A stretch of 64,000 nt of DNA from Vicinamibacteria bacterium (lineage in GTDB: Bacteria; Acidobacteriota; Vicinamibacteria; Marinacidobacterales; Marinacidobacteraceae), in contig OZ241322.1 of NCBI GenBank assembly GCA_965199715.1, forward strand, positions 192,001 through 256,000, read 5' to 3'. The notes under the pieces are model-generated. The model was not told where the DNA came from. It ran no database searches and saw only the letters and a list, made by a program, of their open reading frames with translations. The position numbers and the translations under genes were made by a program. This document shows, piece by piece, positions 38,827-47,880 of this stretch (its first letter is position 1; each line of letters starts with the position of its first letter).

Positions 38827-39661
38827 CGCGCGAAGTTCAGCCACAGCGACTCCTGCCGCGCGGTGCGGACGGAGTGGCAGGTCTTCGCCTCGGCGTCGAC
38901 TCGGCGCCATTTCGCGTAGAGCTCGTCATAGAGCGCAGTCCGGTATCCGGACAGGACCGCCCGCCCGCGTATCGAGCGCCGCGCGGAGGCGAGCCGCTCG
39001 CGGTCTTGGTCGCTCATCTCGAAGGCGTACGCCGATCGATCGCCACGCGAGGAATGCACGTACGGCGGGTCCAGATAGAAGACGGTGGATTCGGTGTCGT
39101 AGCGCTGGATCACTTCTTCGGCGGGAGCGTTCTCGATCTGCACGCGCATCAGGCGCTGGGCGATCTCCGGAAGGCCTTTGACGGATCCCAACCAGCGGGA
39201 GACCGCGCCCGCCATTCCGGCGCGCGACGTCAGCACCCAGTGCGCCCCTCGCTGCTCGTCTGCGCAAGGCCCGTCCGGATCTGGCGGGCGCGGACGAAGA
39301 ACCGGCGCGCTCGCTCACGTCGGTCAGGTCCGTTCTCCGGATCGCACGCCCGGGCGAGGTCAGCGCGCGGGAACGGCGTCAGCCCGATCGCCCGGATCAG
39401 CGCCTCGCCGTCGTCGCGCAACACCTCGAAGAAGTTCGCGAGTTCCGAGTCGAGATCGTTGTACGTCTCGACGGGGGAAGGCGGGCGATTCAGGAGCACC
39501 GCGGCCGACCCGCCGAACACGTCGCAGAAGTGCCCGGCGTCGCTCGGAATGTGCGGAAGGAGGAAGTCGAGGTGGCTGAACTTGCCGCCATACCAGCCGA
39601 CGGCGATTTTCCGGCGGCGGCGCGCCGCGATTCGACGACCGGCGCCCGTGGCGTTGGCCAT
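38826..39661 (-). pseudogene. D12-class (Dam-like) N6-adenine DNA methyltransferase, frameshifted near 39240, with no stop at its natural end
   Basis: WYGGK, DVFGGSAAV and YNDLD in frame A, ending ...SEGRTGC*. Frame B has VQIEN, FYLDPPY, LSGY and ESLWLNF. Confidence 0.85.
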
Positions 39662-39818
39662 GGGAAAGAGCGGCGGAGCCGCGCTCGGCGACGGCTCGGG
39701 CCCCCTTCGTCGAGGGCGGCGTGGCGGGTGCGCACTAACGGGCATGGACTGGTTCCGCCCAAGCATGACCGGAAACTCCGCCGGGGATCGATCCGTCAGG
39801 ATGAGGAAGTCGTCGAGG

Positions 39819-40022
39819 TCAGGGGTTCCCGCCAGACTTGTTGTCGCTCGGGTCCACGAGATCGTAGGCGTCGCCGCGTTCGGTGGTCGGCGGACGAGGG
39901 ACTCCCTTCTTGACCGTAACTTGCCGACCGCGGACATCACCACCGCGTGGGCCGCGCTCTTCGTATTGGCCGGAGTACGGGGCCTTGTTGCCCGGATGCA
40001 TTCGTTTCGGCACGTCGGACAC
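39819..40022 (-). CDS. YjzC-like small protein
   Basis: PGNKAPYSGQYEERGPRGG...VTVKKGVPRPPT matches the YjzC pattern. Confidence 0.7.
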   Translation of the reverse strand: MSDVPKRMHPGNKAPYSGQYEERGPRGGDVRGRQVTVKKGVPRPPTTERGDAYDLVDPSDNKSGGNP

Positions 40023-40259
40023 CCCCTTGTGAGTGGTCGCAACTTCCTCAAGGGAACTGGAGACCCGGTATCGGATCCCATCCCCTGCTCAACCCGTCAG
40101 GGCAACACATTGCGACTCTGCTCGCAGAAGCGACGAGACCCCCGACGCTCACCCGGTCCAGGCACATCGGAACGCACGGCGACCCATTCTCGAACGCGCG
40201 CGGGCCGGAGCGACGGCGGCGATCGCGTTACCGCCTTCGCTTTCCCTGGCTGGAGTGAC

Positions 40260-41798
40260 CTAGCGCCGGTGGTCGGGGGTTCCGAAGGGGAAGAGCTGGT
40301 CGAGGTCGGCGTGCTCGTAGGGGAGCGCGTCGAGGAAGGTCGTGCCCACGAAGGGCTCCGGGGCCTCGACCACTACGATCGTCTTCGCGTAGCCGGTCTC
40401 GTCGAACCCGCGGCGGAAGTGGACGCGCGAGTTCACGACGAACACGTCGAACTCGTCCGGATCGATGGGGCCGATGCGGAAGCGCTCGGGGTAGAGCACC
40501 TGCGAGTAGGCCGGCGTGATGAAGACCACGTTCCCGTCGCCGAACGACACCGCCGCGATCCGGTCGTAGCCGAGCCCCTCGTCGAAGTACTCGAGCGTGC
40601 CGACGATCCGTCGGGGCGAGCCGCCCGATGGGGTGAACCCGCCGATCTCGTGGTCGAACGGATCCCCCGGCTGGACGTCGGTGGCCGCGAGCGTCTCGAG
40701 CGTGTGCGGCGAGCTGACCGCGCCGTAGAGCGTCTTCCCGATCCCCCGGGCGAGGAAGGCGTTCAGGATGTGCGTTGCGTCGCCCGGGCGGTCGCTGTGG
40801 TCTCCGACGGCGACCGGGGTCTCGCCGGCCGCGACCGCGTCGGCGACGATCCGCGCGGCCTCGTCGGGCATCGGGTACGAGCCCCGGGCGAACTCCTCCC
40901 GGACCCGCCAGATGAAGTCGTCCATGTCGTCGGCGATGCGGTCGGCGAGCTCCTGGTCGCCGTTCGTCATCACGTGGACGGTCGCCCCCACGTCGGGCAC
41001 GTCGGACCACGGATAGCCGTAGAAGACGCTCACGTAGGCGTCGTGCTCGCGGCTCTCCCAGCGCCGGGCGCGCTCCATGATGTCCATGGACGGGGACTGG
41101 CCAGTCCACTGGAGCACCGTGGCGGTGATGACGCCCGGCTTGCGCGTCGCGGTGGTCGAGTCGTACTCGCCCCGGGCGGCGAGGCGCAGGGCGCGGGCGG
41201 CGCGCTCGCCCTGGATGTACGCGTCGTAGTGGGGGTAGCGCTTGGTCACGAACGCGAAGTTCGCGTGCTCGAGGAACTCGCCGTCCTCGTTCCCGTGGAG
41301 GTCGAAGGTGCCGGCGATGGGCACGTCCGGGCCGACCGCCTCGCGGAAGCGGCGGGCCAGTTCGGCCTCGGGCCGGGGGATGTCGCGCACCGCCATCGCG
41401 CCGTGGAGCGCGAGGTACACCGCGTCCACCGGGAGCTCGGCGGCGAGCTCGGCGATCATCGCGTCGGCGAAGTGGTCGAAGGTCTCCTTGGTGTTCCAGC
41501 TTCGCGACGAGCCGCCGAAGACCCCGAGCGGGGAGGTGAGCGGCACGAGCTGGACGTCGCCGAACTCGCGGGCCCGCTTCACGAATCCCTCGACGTAGTT
41601 CCCCGACGCGAGGAGCTCCTCGCCGGTGACCGGCTCGCTGCGCTGGAGCCAGTCCTCGACCTCGGTGTCGCCGCCGGGACAGAAGGTGCAGGTCTCGTGC
41701 TGGAAGGCCGCGACTGCGATCCGCAGGGGCGGCTCCTCGGGCGGCGGCGCGCCGCACGCGGCGAGGCTGAGCAGGAGGAGGGAGAGGACGAGGCGCAT
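40260..41798 (-). CDS. M81 family metallopeptidase (MlrC-like), lipoprotein
   Basis: Lipobox LAAC; HETCTF, LALHGAM, DLHGN, YPHYD; TGgTACCAT box 6 nt upstream of the ATG. Confidence 0.88.
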   Translation of the reverse strand: MRLVLSLLLLSLAACGAPPPEEPPLRIAVAAFQHETCTFCPGGDTEVEDWLQRSEPVTGEELLASGNYVEGFVKRAREFGDVQLVPLTSPLGVFGGSSRSWNTKETFDHFADAMIAELAAELPVDAVYLALHGAMAVRDIPRPEAELARRFREAVGPDVPIAGTFDLHGNEDGEFLEHANFAFVTKRYPHYDAYIQGERAARALRLAARGEYDSTTATRKPGVITATVLQWTGQSPSMDIMERARRWESREHDAYVSVFYGYPWSDVPDVGATVHVMTNGDQELADRIADDMDDFIWRVREEFARGSYPMPDEAARIVADAVAAGETPVAVGDHSDRPGDATHILNAFLARGIGKTLYGAVSSPHTLETLAATDVQPGDPFDHEIGGFTPSGGSPRRIVGTLEYFDEGLGYDRIAAVSFGDGNVVFITPAYSQVLYPERFRIGPIDPDEFDVFVVNSRVHFRRGFDETGYAKTIVVVEAPEPFVGTTFLDALPYEHADLDQLFPFGTPDHRR

Positions 41799-41935
41799 CC
41801 GCCCATGGTACCAACCTGTGGCGAGCGCGTCGACGCAGCCGTCACCCGTCGTGATTTCGCTTGCGGTTCTAGACGATTCCGGCACGCTACACTCCAAACC
41901 GGAACCGGGGGCTGGACGCCCTCAAGGGAGTGCGC

Positions 41936-42589
41936 ATGACGGAGCGGGACGAGGACGTCCAGGGAAACGAATCGGACTTCGAGGCCGAGAACCGGAGCCG
42001 CACCATGGACTCCAGCATCCAGCTCGGCGAGCTGTTCGCCGACATGTTCATGACGAGCATGACCCAAGCGTCCGACAGCGGCGCGTCCGAGCCGGGCTCG
42101 CTCGAACCCGCCAAGTGGATCGCCATGATGTGCAAGATGCTGGCGCTCGGCATGTCGGACGTGCTCGACGAGGAGTCCGCGGTGCGGCTGGCGCGGACCA
42201 TGATGGCGGAAGTGGACGCGGAGTTCCTGCCGGGAGAGAAGGAGGAAGTCATGGACGCGGAGGTCGAGTCGGCCGAGCGCGACGCGCTGCTCGCGTTCAA
42301 CCGGCTGTGCTCGCGGGTGATGCTGTACGCGGCGCTGCGGCGGATGTACTTCCACAAGCTCACCTACAGCGGGATGACGAAGGAGGAAAAGGGCAAGGAG
42401 GCGAGCGAGGAGGTCATGGAGAAGTTCGGGCGGGCGTTCCATCCCGCGCTCCACGAGAAGCTCGGCCGGCGGTTCTTCAAGGATCATGGCGAGGCGCTGG
42501 AGCTGATGGCGAAGGCGTTCGCCGCGAAGCAGGAGGCGGAGGCCGAGTTCGACGAGGATCAGCTCACGCAGGCCGAAGGAGAGGCGTGA
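41936..42589 (+). CDS. Hypothetical acidic, Met-rich helical protein
   Basis: AGGGAG RBS; GC-rich third positions; stop overlaps the MT-A70 start (GTGA). Confidence 0.75.
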   Translation: MTERDEDVQGNESDFEAENRSRTMDSSIQLGELFADMFMTSMTQASDSGASEPGSLEPAKWIAMMCKMLALGMSDVLDEESAVRLARTMMAEVDAEFLPGEKEEVMDAEVESAERDALLAFNRLCSRVMLYAALRRMYFHKLTYSGMTKEEKGKEASEEVMEKFGRAFHPALHEKLGRRFFKDHGEALELMAKAFAAKQEAEAEFDEDQLTQAEGEA

Positions 42590-43125
42590 GCGAGGCCTTC
42601 GCGCCGCTGCCGGACCGCAGGTACGGGGTCCTCTACGTGGACCCGCCCTGGGACTACAAGGGGCAACTCCAGCACGCCGGACCCGGAAGCGGCGACTCCG
42701 GCGGCGCCGTCCGCCACTACCCGACGATGACGCTCGCCGAACTGAAGCGGCTCCCGGTCGAGACGATCGCGGCCGATGGGGCGCGTTTGTTCCTCTGGGC
42801 CACGAACCCGCACCTCGACCAGGGGATCGAGCTCGGGAAGGCGTGGGGGTTCGCGTGGTCGTCGGTCGCCTTCGTGTGGGACAAGCTGCGCGTGAATCCC
42901 GGCTTCTACACGATGAGCCAGTGCGAGCTGTGCCTGCTGTTCCACCGGGGCGACGCCCCGCCGCCCGAAGCCCCCGAAATCGTGCGGGAGAAGCGCCGGG
43001 AGCACTCCCGCAAGCCCGACGGAGTCCGCCGGCGCATCGAGCGGCGCTTCCCGGACGCGCGCCGGATCGAGCTGTTCGCCCGGGGAGCGGCTGACGGCTG
43101 GGACGGCTGGGGGCTTCAGGCCTGA
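42586..43125 (+). CDS. MT-A70 family N6-adenine methyltransferase
   Basis: YVDPPW, HYPTM, LFLWAT, WGF, FVWDK, EHSRKP, IELFAR, GWDGWG. Confidence 0.9.
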   Translation: MSEAFAPLPDRRYGVLYVDPPWDYKGQLQHAGPGSGDSGGAVRHYPTMTLAELKRLPVETIAADGARLFLWATNPHLDQGIELGKAWGFAWSSVAFVWDKLRVNPGFYTMSQCELCLLFHRGDAPPPEAPEIVREKRREHSRKPDGVRRRIERRFPDARRIELFARGAADGWDGWGLQA

Positions 43126-44066
43126 CGGAAGCCGTCGGAGCCGACCCGGCACAGCAGCGAATACAGGACCGGCGCGACGGCGTCAGCGCCGTCGCGCCGA
43201 GCAGGCCGAAGATGATGGCGATGGCCATCGGCTCCCACATCGGGCCGCCGCCGAACCACAGCGGCAGGAGGCCGGCGACGGTCGTCACGGTGCTCAGCAG
43301 GATCGGGCGGAAGCGCCCCTGCGCCGCATCGAGGATCGCCTCGGGGGGATCGAGGCCGCGCTCGTCGATCTCGATGCGGATGCGGTCGAGGAGCACGATG
43401 GCGTTGTTGATGATTCCGGACAGCGCGAGGATCCCCGGCAGGGTCATGAACCAGAAGTACGACTGCGCGACGAGCAGGCCGCCGCCGACGCCGATCAGTC
43501 CGAGCGGGATCGTCAGCAGGGCGATCGCGATCCGCCGGATCGAGTTGACCTGCGCCACGAGCAGGAGCAGGATGATGAGGCCGCCGATCGGCGCCTTCTC
43601 GGTGACGGACCGGTTCGCCCCCGAGGAGGTCTCCGCCGCGCCGCCGAACTCGTAGCGGTAGCCGACCGGCCACGCGGTTCGCTCGGCCTCGATCCACGGC
43701 CGCAGCCGCGCGACCACGTCGGCCGGGTTCGCGCCCGGCTGGAGGCAGCTCGAGACGGTGACCGTGGGCGCCTGGTTGCGGCGGCGGATCGTGGCCGACT
43801 GCCACTCGACCGAGGCGTCGGCGACCTGGAGCAGCGGCGCCGCGGCGCCCGACTGGGCGTACACGTTGAGGCTCTCCAGTCGGGCCACGTCGGTGCGGTC
43901 CGCGACCGACCAACGCAGCGTGACCGGGATCGAGGAGTCGCCCTCGCGGAACCGCGCGGTCTCGAGGCCGCTGAGCGCTGTCTGCAGCGAAATCGTCACG
44001 TCCTGGCTCGAGACCCCGGCGCGCCGGGGGCGGGGCTGATCGACCTCGACCACCAGCTTCTCGCCA
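43116..44066 (-). pseudogene. C-terminal fragment of an AcrB/CzcA-type RND efflux permease
   Basis: IPLGLIGV, GIINNAIVLLDRI, RFRPILLSTVTTVAGLLPL, WEPMAIAIIFGL. The N-terminal two-thirds are absent and there is a frameshift near 43185. Confidence 0.85.
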
Positions 44067-44788
44067 GAGGCTCGCGAGCAGCCCCCGGTCCATCTCGCTG
44101 CGGCCGAGCGCCGAGAACGCGGGCATGCGCCGCTCGACGAACCCGTCCGCCAGCCGGGCGAACTCGCCCGACGAGAGCTGCGGCAGGGGGACACGTAGGC
44201 GGCGTCCGCGTCGGGGGGCAGGGCCGCGAGCGCGGCGTCGGCCGACGCGCACGACGTCGCCCTCGACGCGCAGGTTCCCCGCGAGGGCCTCGGGCGCGAG
44301 GAAGGTGAGCCGCTCGAACGGGGCCACCTCGCGCAGCCGGCGCACTTCCTCGGCCGGGCTCCCGCTCACCGAGAGGTAGGAGAAGTTCTCCCGCCCGCTG
44401 ACGCGTTCGCCGGCGGCGTTCGTCTCGACCGGGAAGCCCTGCGCGTCGGCGTCGAGCACCGGCCCGGCCACGACCGGCTTCGGCAAGCCGGTGGAATCGT
44501 TCGCGCGCGCCGCGGCCAGCGGCCGAGCGCGATCACGACGTGGACGTCGGGGTCGGCGAGCAGCGCGTCCATCGCGTCCCGGACCCCGGCCGGCGTCCAG
44601 TCCGCCGTGCGCCGGGCGAACGCGACCGTGAACCGGGGAGCGGCGAGCGCGGCCGTTTCCGCCTCGACCGCGGCGCCGAGCGCGGCCGCGGCCTCCGAAG
44701 GGCCGTCGAGAACCACGCCGACGACGCACGGCTCGCACGGCGGCTGCGTCGCCACGACGCCGACCGCGAGCAGGAGGGCGAGCGTCAC
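44066..44788 (-). pseudogene. Frameshifted N-terminal (substrate-binding-like) part of an exported protein, probably of the TolC-fusion type
   Basis: GTG coupled to the upstream stop; signal peptide; VGVVLDGP, ALLADPDVHVVIALG, LPKPVVA, SGRENFSY and PAFSALG spread over three frames. Confidence 0.55.
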
Positions 44789-45750
44789 GCCCGGTCGCGT
44801 TTCTTCAGCACCAGGTCGCTCAGCTTCGCCCCGGCGCCCGGCTCCGACCACGGGCAGACCTCGATGCAGATCGCGCAGCCGAACGTCTTCGTGAAGTACG
44901 GGATGCACTTGTCGAAGTCCACGTACCAGCGCTTCTCGCCGCGCACCCACTGCTTCTTCTCGTGGATCGCATCGGGCGGACAGTCGGTGGTGCAGCGCCG
45001 GCACATCAGGCAGACGTCGTCCACGCCGATGTCCTCCGGCGCGTCGAGCGCGAGCGGCATGTCGGTGAGGACCGTGGCGAGGCGGAAGTTGGAGCCGTGC
45101 TCCTTGCTGATGACCGAGCCGTGCTTGCCGAGCTGGCCGAGGCCGGCGCGGACTGCGAGCGGGATGTGGAGGATGTCGCTCGCGTTCGGATCCCCGTAGG
45201 CGCGGGCGGGGAAGCCGCGCTTGCGGATCGTCCGGCCGAGGCTCACGGCCATCAGCCCGATCTTGCGGTACGCCCGCATGACCTCGCGCGCGCCCCGGAC
45301 GTGGGCGGCGTGGCGCATCTCGTCGCGCTCCATGGAGAGGCCGATCACGACGGCGGTGCGGTAGGGGACGCCGCGGCCCTCGAAGACGTCCGTGTCCTCG
45401 ACCCGGGCGATCCCGACGAGCGACGCGCCCGCCTCCCGCGCCGCGTCCTTCACGAAGGCGGCGTTGCCCTCGGGCCCCTCGTCGATCCGCCGCCGCGCCG
45501 AAGGACCCCGCTCGCCCCGAAGCTGGATCTTGTTGACGAGCCGCTCGCGCACCACCTCCCACGGGTTCAGGCACATGAAGAAGTCGTCGAGCCCCTGCCA
45601 GGCGATCGGGCGATCGGGGTCGGCGTTGTGGAACACCTTGGTCGCCCGGCGCGGCTCGCGCTCGCCGAGTCCGTTGATCCGGTTTCCCGAGACCGGCGGG
45701 TTCCGGTAGCCAAAGGCGTAGTCGGGCGGCGGCCCGTCGCGGAACTTCAT
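44785..45750 (-). CDS. 4Fe-4S dicluster protein of the reductive dehalogenase/QueG superfamily
   Basis: GASLVGI, AVRAGLGQLGKHG, G..FRLATVLTDMPL, CLMCRRCTTDCP, C...GCAICIEVCP. Confidence 0.82.
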   Translation of the reverse strand: MKFRDGPPPDYAFGYRNPPVSGNRINGLGEREPRRATKVFHNADPDRPIAWQGLDDFFMCLNPWEVVRERLVNKIQLRGERGPSARRRIDEGPEGNAAFVKDAAREAGASLVGIARVEDTDVFEGRGVPYRTAVVIGLSMERDEMRHAAHVRGAREVMRAYRKIGLMAVSLGRTIRKRGFPARAYGDPNASDILHIPLAVRAGLGQLGKHGSVISKEHGSNFRLATVLTDMPLALDAPEDIGVDDVCLMCRRCTTDCPPDAIHEKKQWVRGEKRWYVDFDKCIPYFTKTFGCAICIEVCPWSEPGAGAKLSDLVLKKRDRA

Positions 45751-45950
45751 GCGAAGGGGCCCTCGTCGAGCCAGATCGTTCCGCCGGTGCGCTGCGCCTC
45801 GGCGTGGCGCTGCCGTACCCGGCGCGCGACGGTGAAGTAGAAGACGACGAAGCGGAGGACGTCGGAGACGACGATCAGCGTCCGAATCCGGCGGGCGAGA
45901 AACCCGAGCGGGCCGGGGTCGGCCTCGGCCCGGCGCACGAATCCACGCAC
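45747..45950 (-). CDS. Small hypothetical membrane protein
   Basis: Stop overlaps the next ATG (ATGA); TACAAT lies 8 nt upstream of the GTG; one hydrophobic stretch. Confidence 0.45.
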   Translation of the reverse strand: MRGFVRRAEADPGPLGFLARRIRTLIVVSDVLRFVVFYFTVARRVRQRHAEAQRTGGTIWLDEGPFA

Positions 45951-45991
45951 GATCGGCAATTGTAGTGAAGGAAACCGGTCTGTCCGGCGTA

Positions 45992-46546
45992 ATGCACCGA
46001 CAGAACCCCGAAATGCGGATCGACCCCGAGGAGCAGCAGTGGATCCGGCGGTGCCGCGCCGGCAGCCGCCGGGCCTACGAACCCCTCGTGCGGCGGTACG
46101 CGGCGTGGGCGCAGGCGGTCGCCCGCCGCAAGGTCGGCGATCCGGAGGAGGCGCGGGACCTCGCGCAGGAGGCGTTCGTGCGGGCGTTCCACGCCATGCC
46201 GCGCTTCCAGCCGGGCCGGCCCTTCCTGCCGTGGTTCTCGGTCGTCCTCGACCGCGTCTGCGCCAGCTACCTGCGCGGCCGCCGCATGGCGATCCCGTTC
46301 GCGGAGGAGCCTGCGACCGACGGCGGCATGGCCGGGATCGGCCAGCGGGTGGACCTCGAACGGGGACTCGACGGCCTGCCGCCGGCGCAGCGCGAGGTGC
46401 TCGTGATGAAGCACGTGCACGGGTTCGCCCATCACGAAATTGCCGAGCGGCTCGGCATCCCCGAGGGGACGGCGATGTCGCGGCTGTCCGCCGCCCGGAA
46501 ACGGCTCGCCGGCCTGCTCGGTCGGAGGCGAGGAGAATCACCATGA
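45992..46546 (+). CDS. ECF RNA polymerase sigma factor
   Basis: Region 2 ARDLAQEAFVRAF...F.PW; region 4 LPPAQREVL...EIAERLGIPEGTAMSRLSAAR. Start is 45992 or 46013. Confidence 0.9.
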   Translation: MHRQNPEMRIDPEEQQWIRRCRAGSRRAYEPLVRRYAAWAQAVARRKVGDPEEARDLAQEAFVRAFHAMPRFQPGRPFLPWFSVVLDRVCASYLRGRRMAIPFAEEPATDGGMAGIGQRVDLERGLDGLPPAQREVLVMKHVHGFAHHEIAERLGIPEGTAMSRLSAARKRLAGLLGRRRGESP

Positions 46547-46899
46547 ACGAAGGCAACGGCGCTTCCGGTCGCATTCCGCGCGACGCGCCGGGCGGCGCGG
46601 AGAACGCTCCCCGTCCCGGCGACTGGGACGACAAGGCGCTCGACCGGTTCTGGCTCGGCGTGTACTCGCGGCTCGAGCGGGGCGTCGCGTGGACGGTGCT
46701 CTCGATCTCGGCGGCGCTGCTGGCGGGCTTCTTCGGCTGGGAGTTCGCGATGGTCTTCCTCGCGGACTCCGGGGTTCCGCTCGTGGTGCGGGTCGGAACC
46801 GCGGGGCTTGTCGTCGGGAGCTTGCTGCTGCTGCTCGGCATGGTCCGGGAGCGCATTCGCGGCTGGCGTCGGGATCCGTTCCGGAGAGTCCGGCGATGA
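46543..46899 (+). CDS. Putative 2-TM anti-sigma factor without a Zn-finger domain
   Basis: Coupled to the sigma gene; W..VYSRLERGVAW, two TM helices, ends DPFRRVRR. Confidence 0.7.
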   Translation: MNEGNGASGRIPRDAPGGAENAPRPGDWDDKALDRFWLGVYSRLERGVAWTVLSISAALLAGFFGWEFAMVFLADSGVPLVVRVGTAGLVVGSLLLLLGMVRERIRGWRRDPFRRVRR

Positions 46900-47096
46900 C
46901 CGTGCTCGAGGCGCGTCTTGCCTTCCTCGAGGCGCTCGGCCGCGCCGCGTCCTCCTTCCTCGCCGATCCCGGGACGCCGCTCGTCGCCCGGGTCGGCTTC
47001 GCCGGGCTCGCGCTCGGTGCGCCGCTTTTCCTGCTGGCGACGCTCCGGGACCGGATGCGCGCCGGCGCTCATGACCTGAGGAGGTCCTGTCCATGA
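46896..47096 (+). CDS. Small membrane protein paralogous to the C-terminal half of the preceding gene
   Basis: FLADPGTPLVARVGFAGLALG.....L..LRDRMR aligns with FLADSGVPLVVRVGTAGLVVG.....G.VRERIR; ATGA coupling on both sides. Confidence 0.6.
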   Translation: MTVLEARLAFLEALGRAASSFLADPGTPLVARVGFAGLALGAPLFLLATLRDRMRAGAHDLRRSCP

Positions 47097-47410
47097 TCGT
47101 GGTCACCACGCCCACCATTCCCGGCGTCGAAATCGCCGAATCCGTCGGAATCGCCCGCGGCGCGACCATCCGCTCCCGTCACCTCGGGCGCGACATCATG
47201 GCCGGCCTCAAGGGGATCGTCGGCGGCGAGATCGAGTCGTACACGAAGCTGCTGGCCGAGAGCCGGGAGCAGGCGCTCGCGCGGATGATCGAGCACGCCG
47301 AGGCGCTCGGGGCCGACGCGGTCGTGTCGGTGCGCATCATGACCTCGATGGTCATGCAGACCGCCGCCGAGATCCTGATCTACGGGACGGCGGTGAAGAT
47401 CAAGCGGTGA
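47093..47410 (+). CDS. YbjQ/UPF0145 family protein
   Basis: GRDIMAGLKGIVGGE, REQALARM, GADAVV, YGTAV. Confidence 0.92.
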   Translation: MIVVTTPTIPGVEIAESVGIARGATIRSRHLGRDIMAGLKGIVGGEIESYTKLLAESREQALARMIEHAEALGADAVVSVRIMTSMVMQTAAEILIYGTAVKIKR

Positions 47411-47880
47411 GCGGAGTCGAGACCGACCGCGGCCGGTTCCTCGAGGATTTCCGCGTCGGCCAGCGGATCGCGCACCCGTTCGGGCGCACCGTGCTCGCCG
47501 CCGACAACATGTGGTTCTCGCTCCTCACCCAGAACCAGAACCCGATCCACGTGGACCGGGCGCACAGCGAGGAGACCCCGTTCGGACGGCCGCTCGTGAA
47601 CTCCTGCCTGACGCTCGCGCTCGCGACCGGCCAGTCGGTCGCCGACCTCACCCGCAACGTCGTCGCGAATCTGGGCTGGGAGGAGGTCCGGCTGCCGGCG
47701 CCGGTCTTCGAGGGAGACACGATCCGCTCGGAGAGCGAGGTGCTCGCGGTCCGCGAATCGCGCTCGCGCCCCGAGGCCGGCGTGGTGACGGTGCGCACCG
47801 TGGGCCGCAACCAGGACGGGACGGTGGTGATCGAGTTCCGGCGCGTCTTCCTCGTCTGGAAGCGCGCCCATGCGCCCTAG
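47407..47880 (+). CDS. MaoC family dehydratase
   Basis: GRFLEDF, NPIHVD, PVFEGDTI, RESRSRP, NQDG. Confidence 0.88.
   Translation: MSGVETDRGRFLEDFRVGQRIAHPFGRTVLAADNMWFSLLTQNQNPIHVDRAHSEETPFGRPLVNSCLTLALATGQSVADLTRNVVANLGWEEVRLPAPVFEGDTIRSESEVLAVRESRSRPEAGVVTVRTVGRNQDGTVVIEFRRVFLVWKRAHAP

Noticed and set aside
39225-39250. Programmed frameshift or phase variation in the MTase
   Set aside because: No slippery heptamer or simple-sequence tract is present, and further independent lesions indicate decay.
45966-45992. ECF autoregulatory promoter (GGAAAC…CGTAA)
   Set aside because: The 12-nt spacer is shorter than the usual 16-17 nt, so it is not supportable without TSS data.
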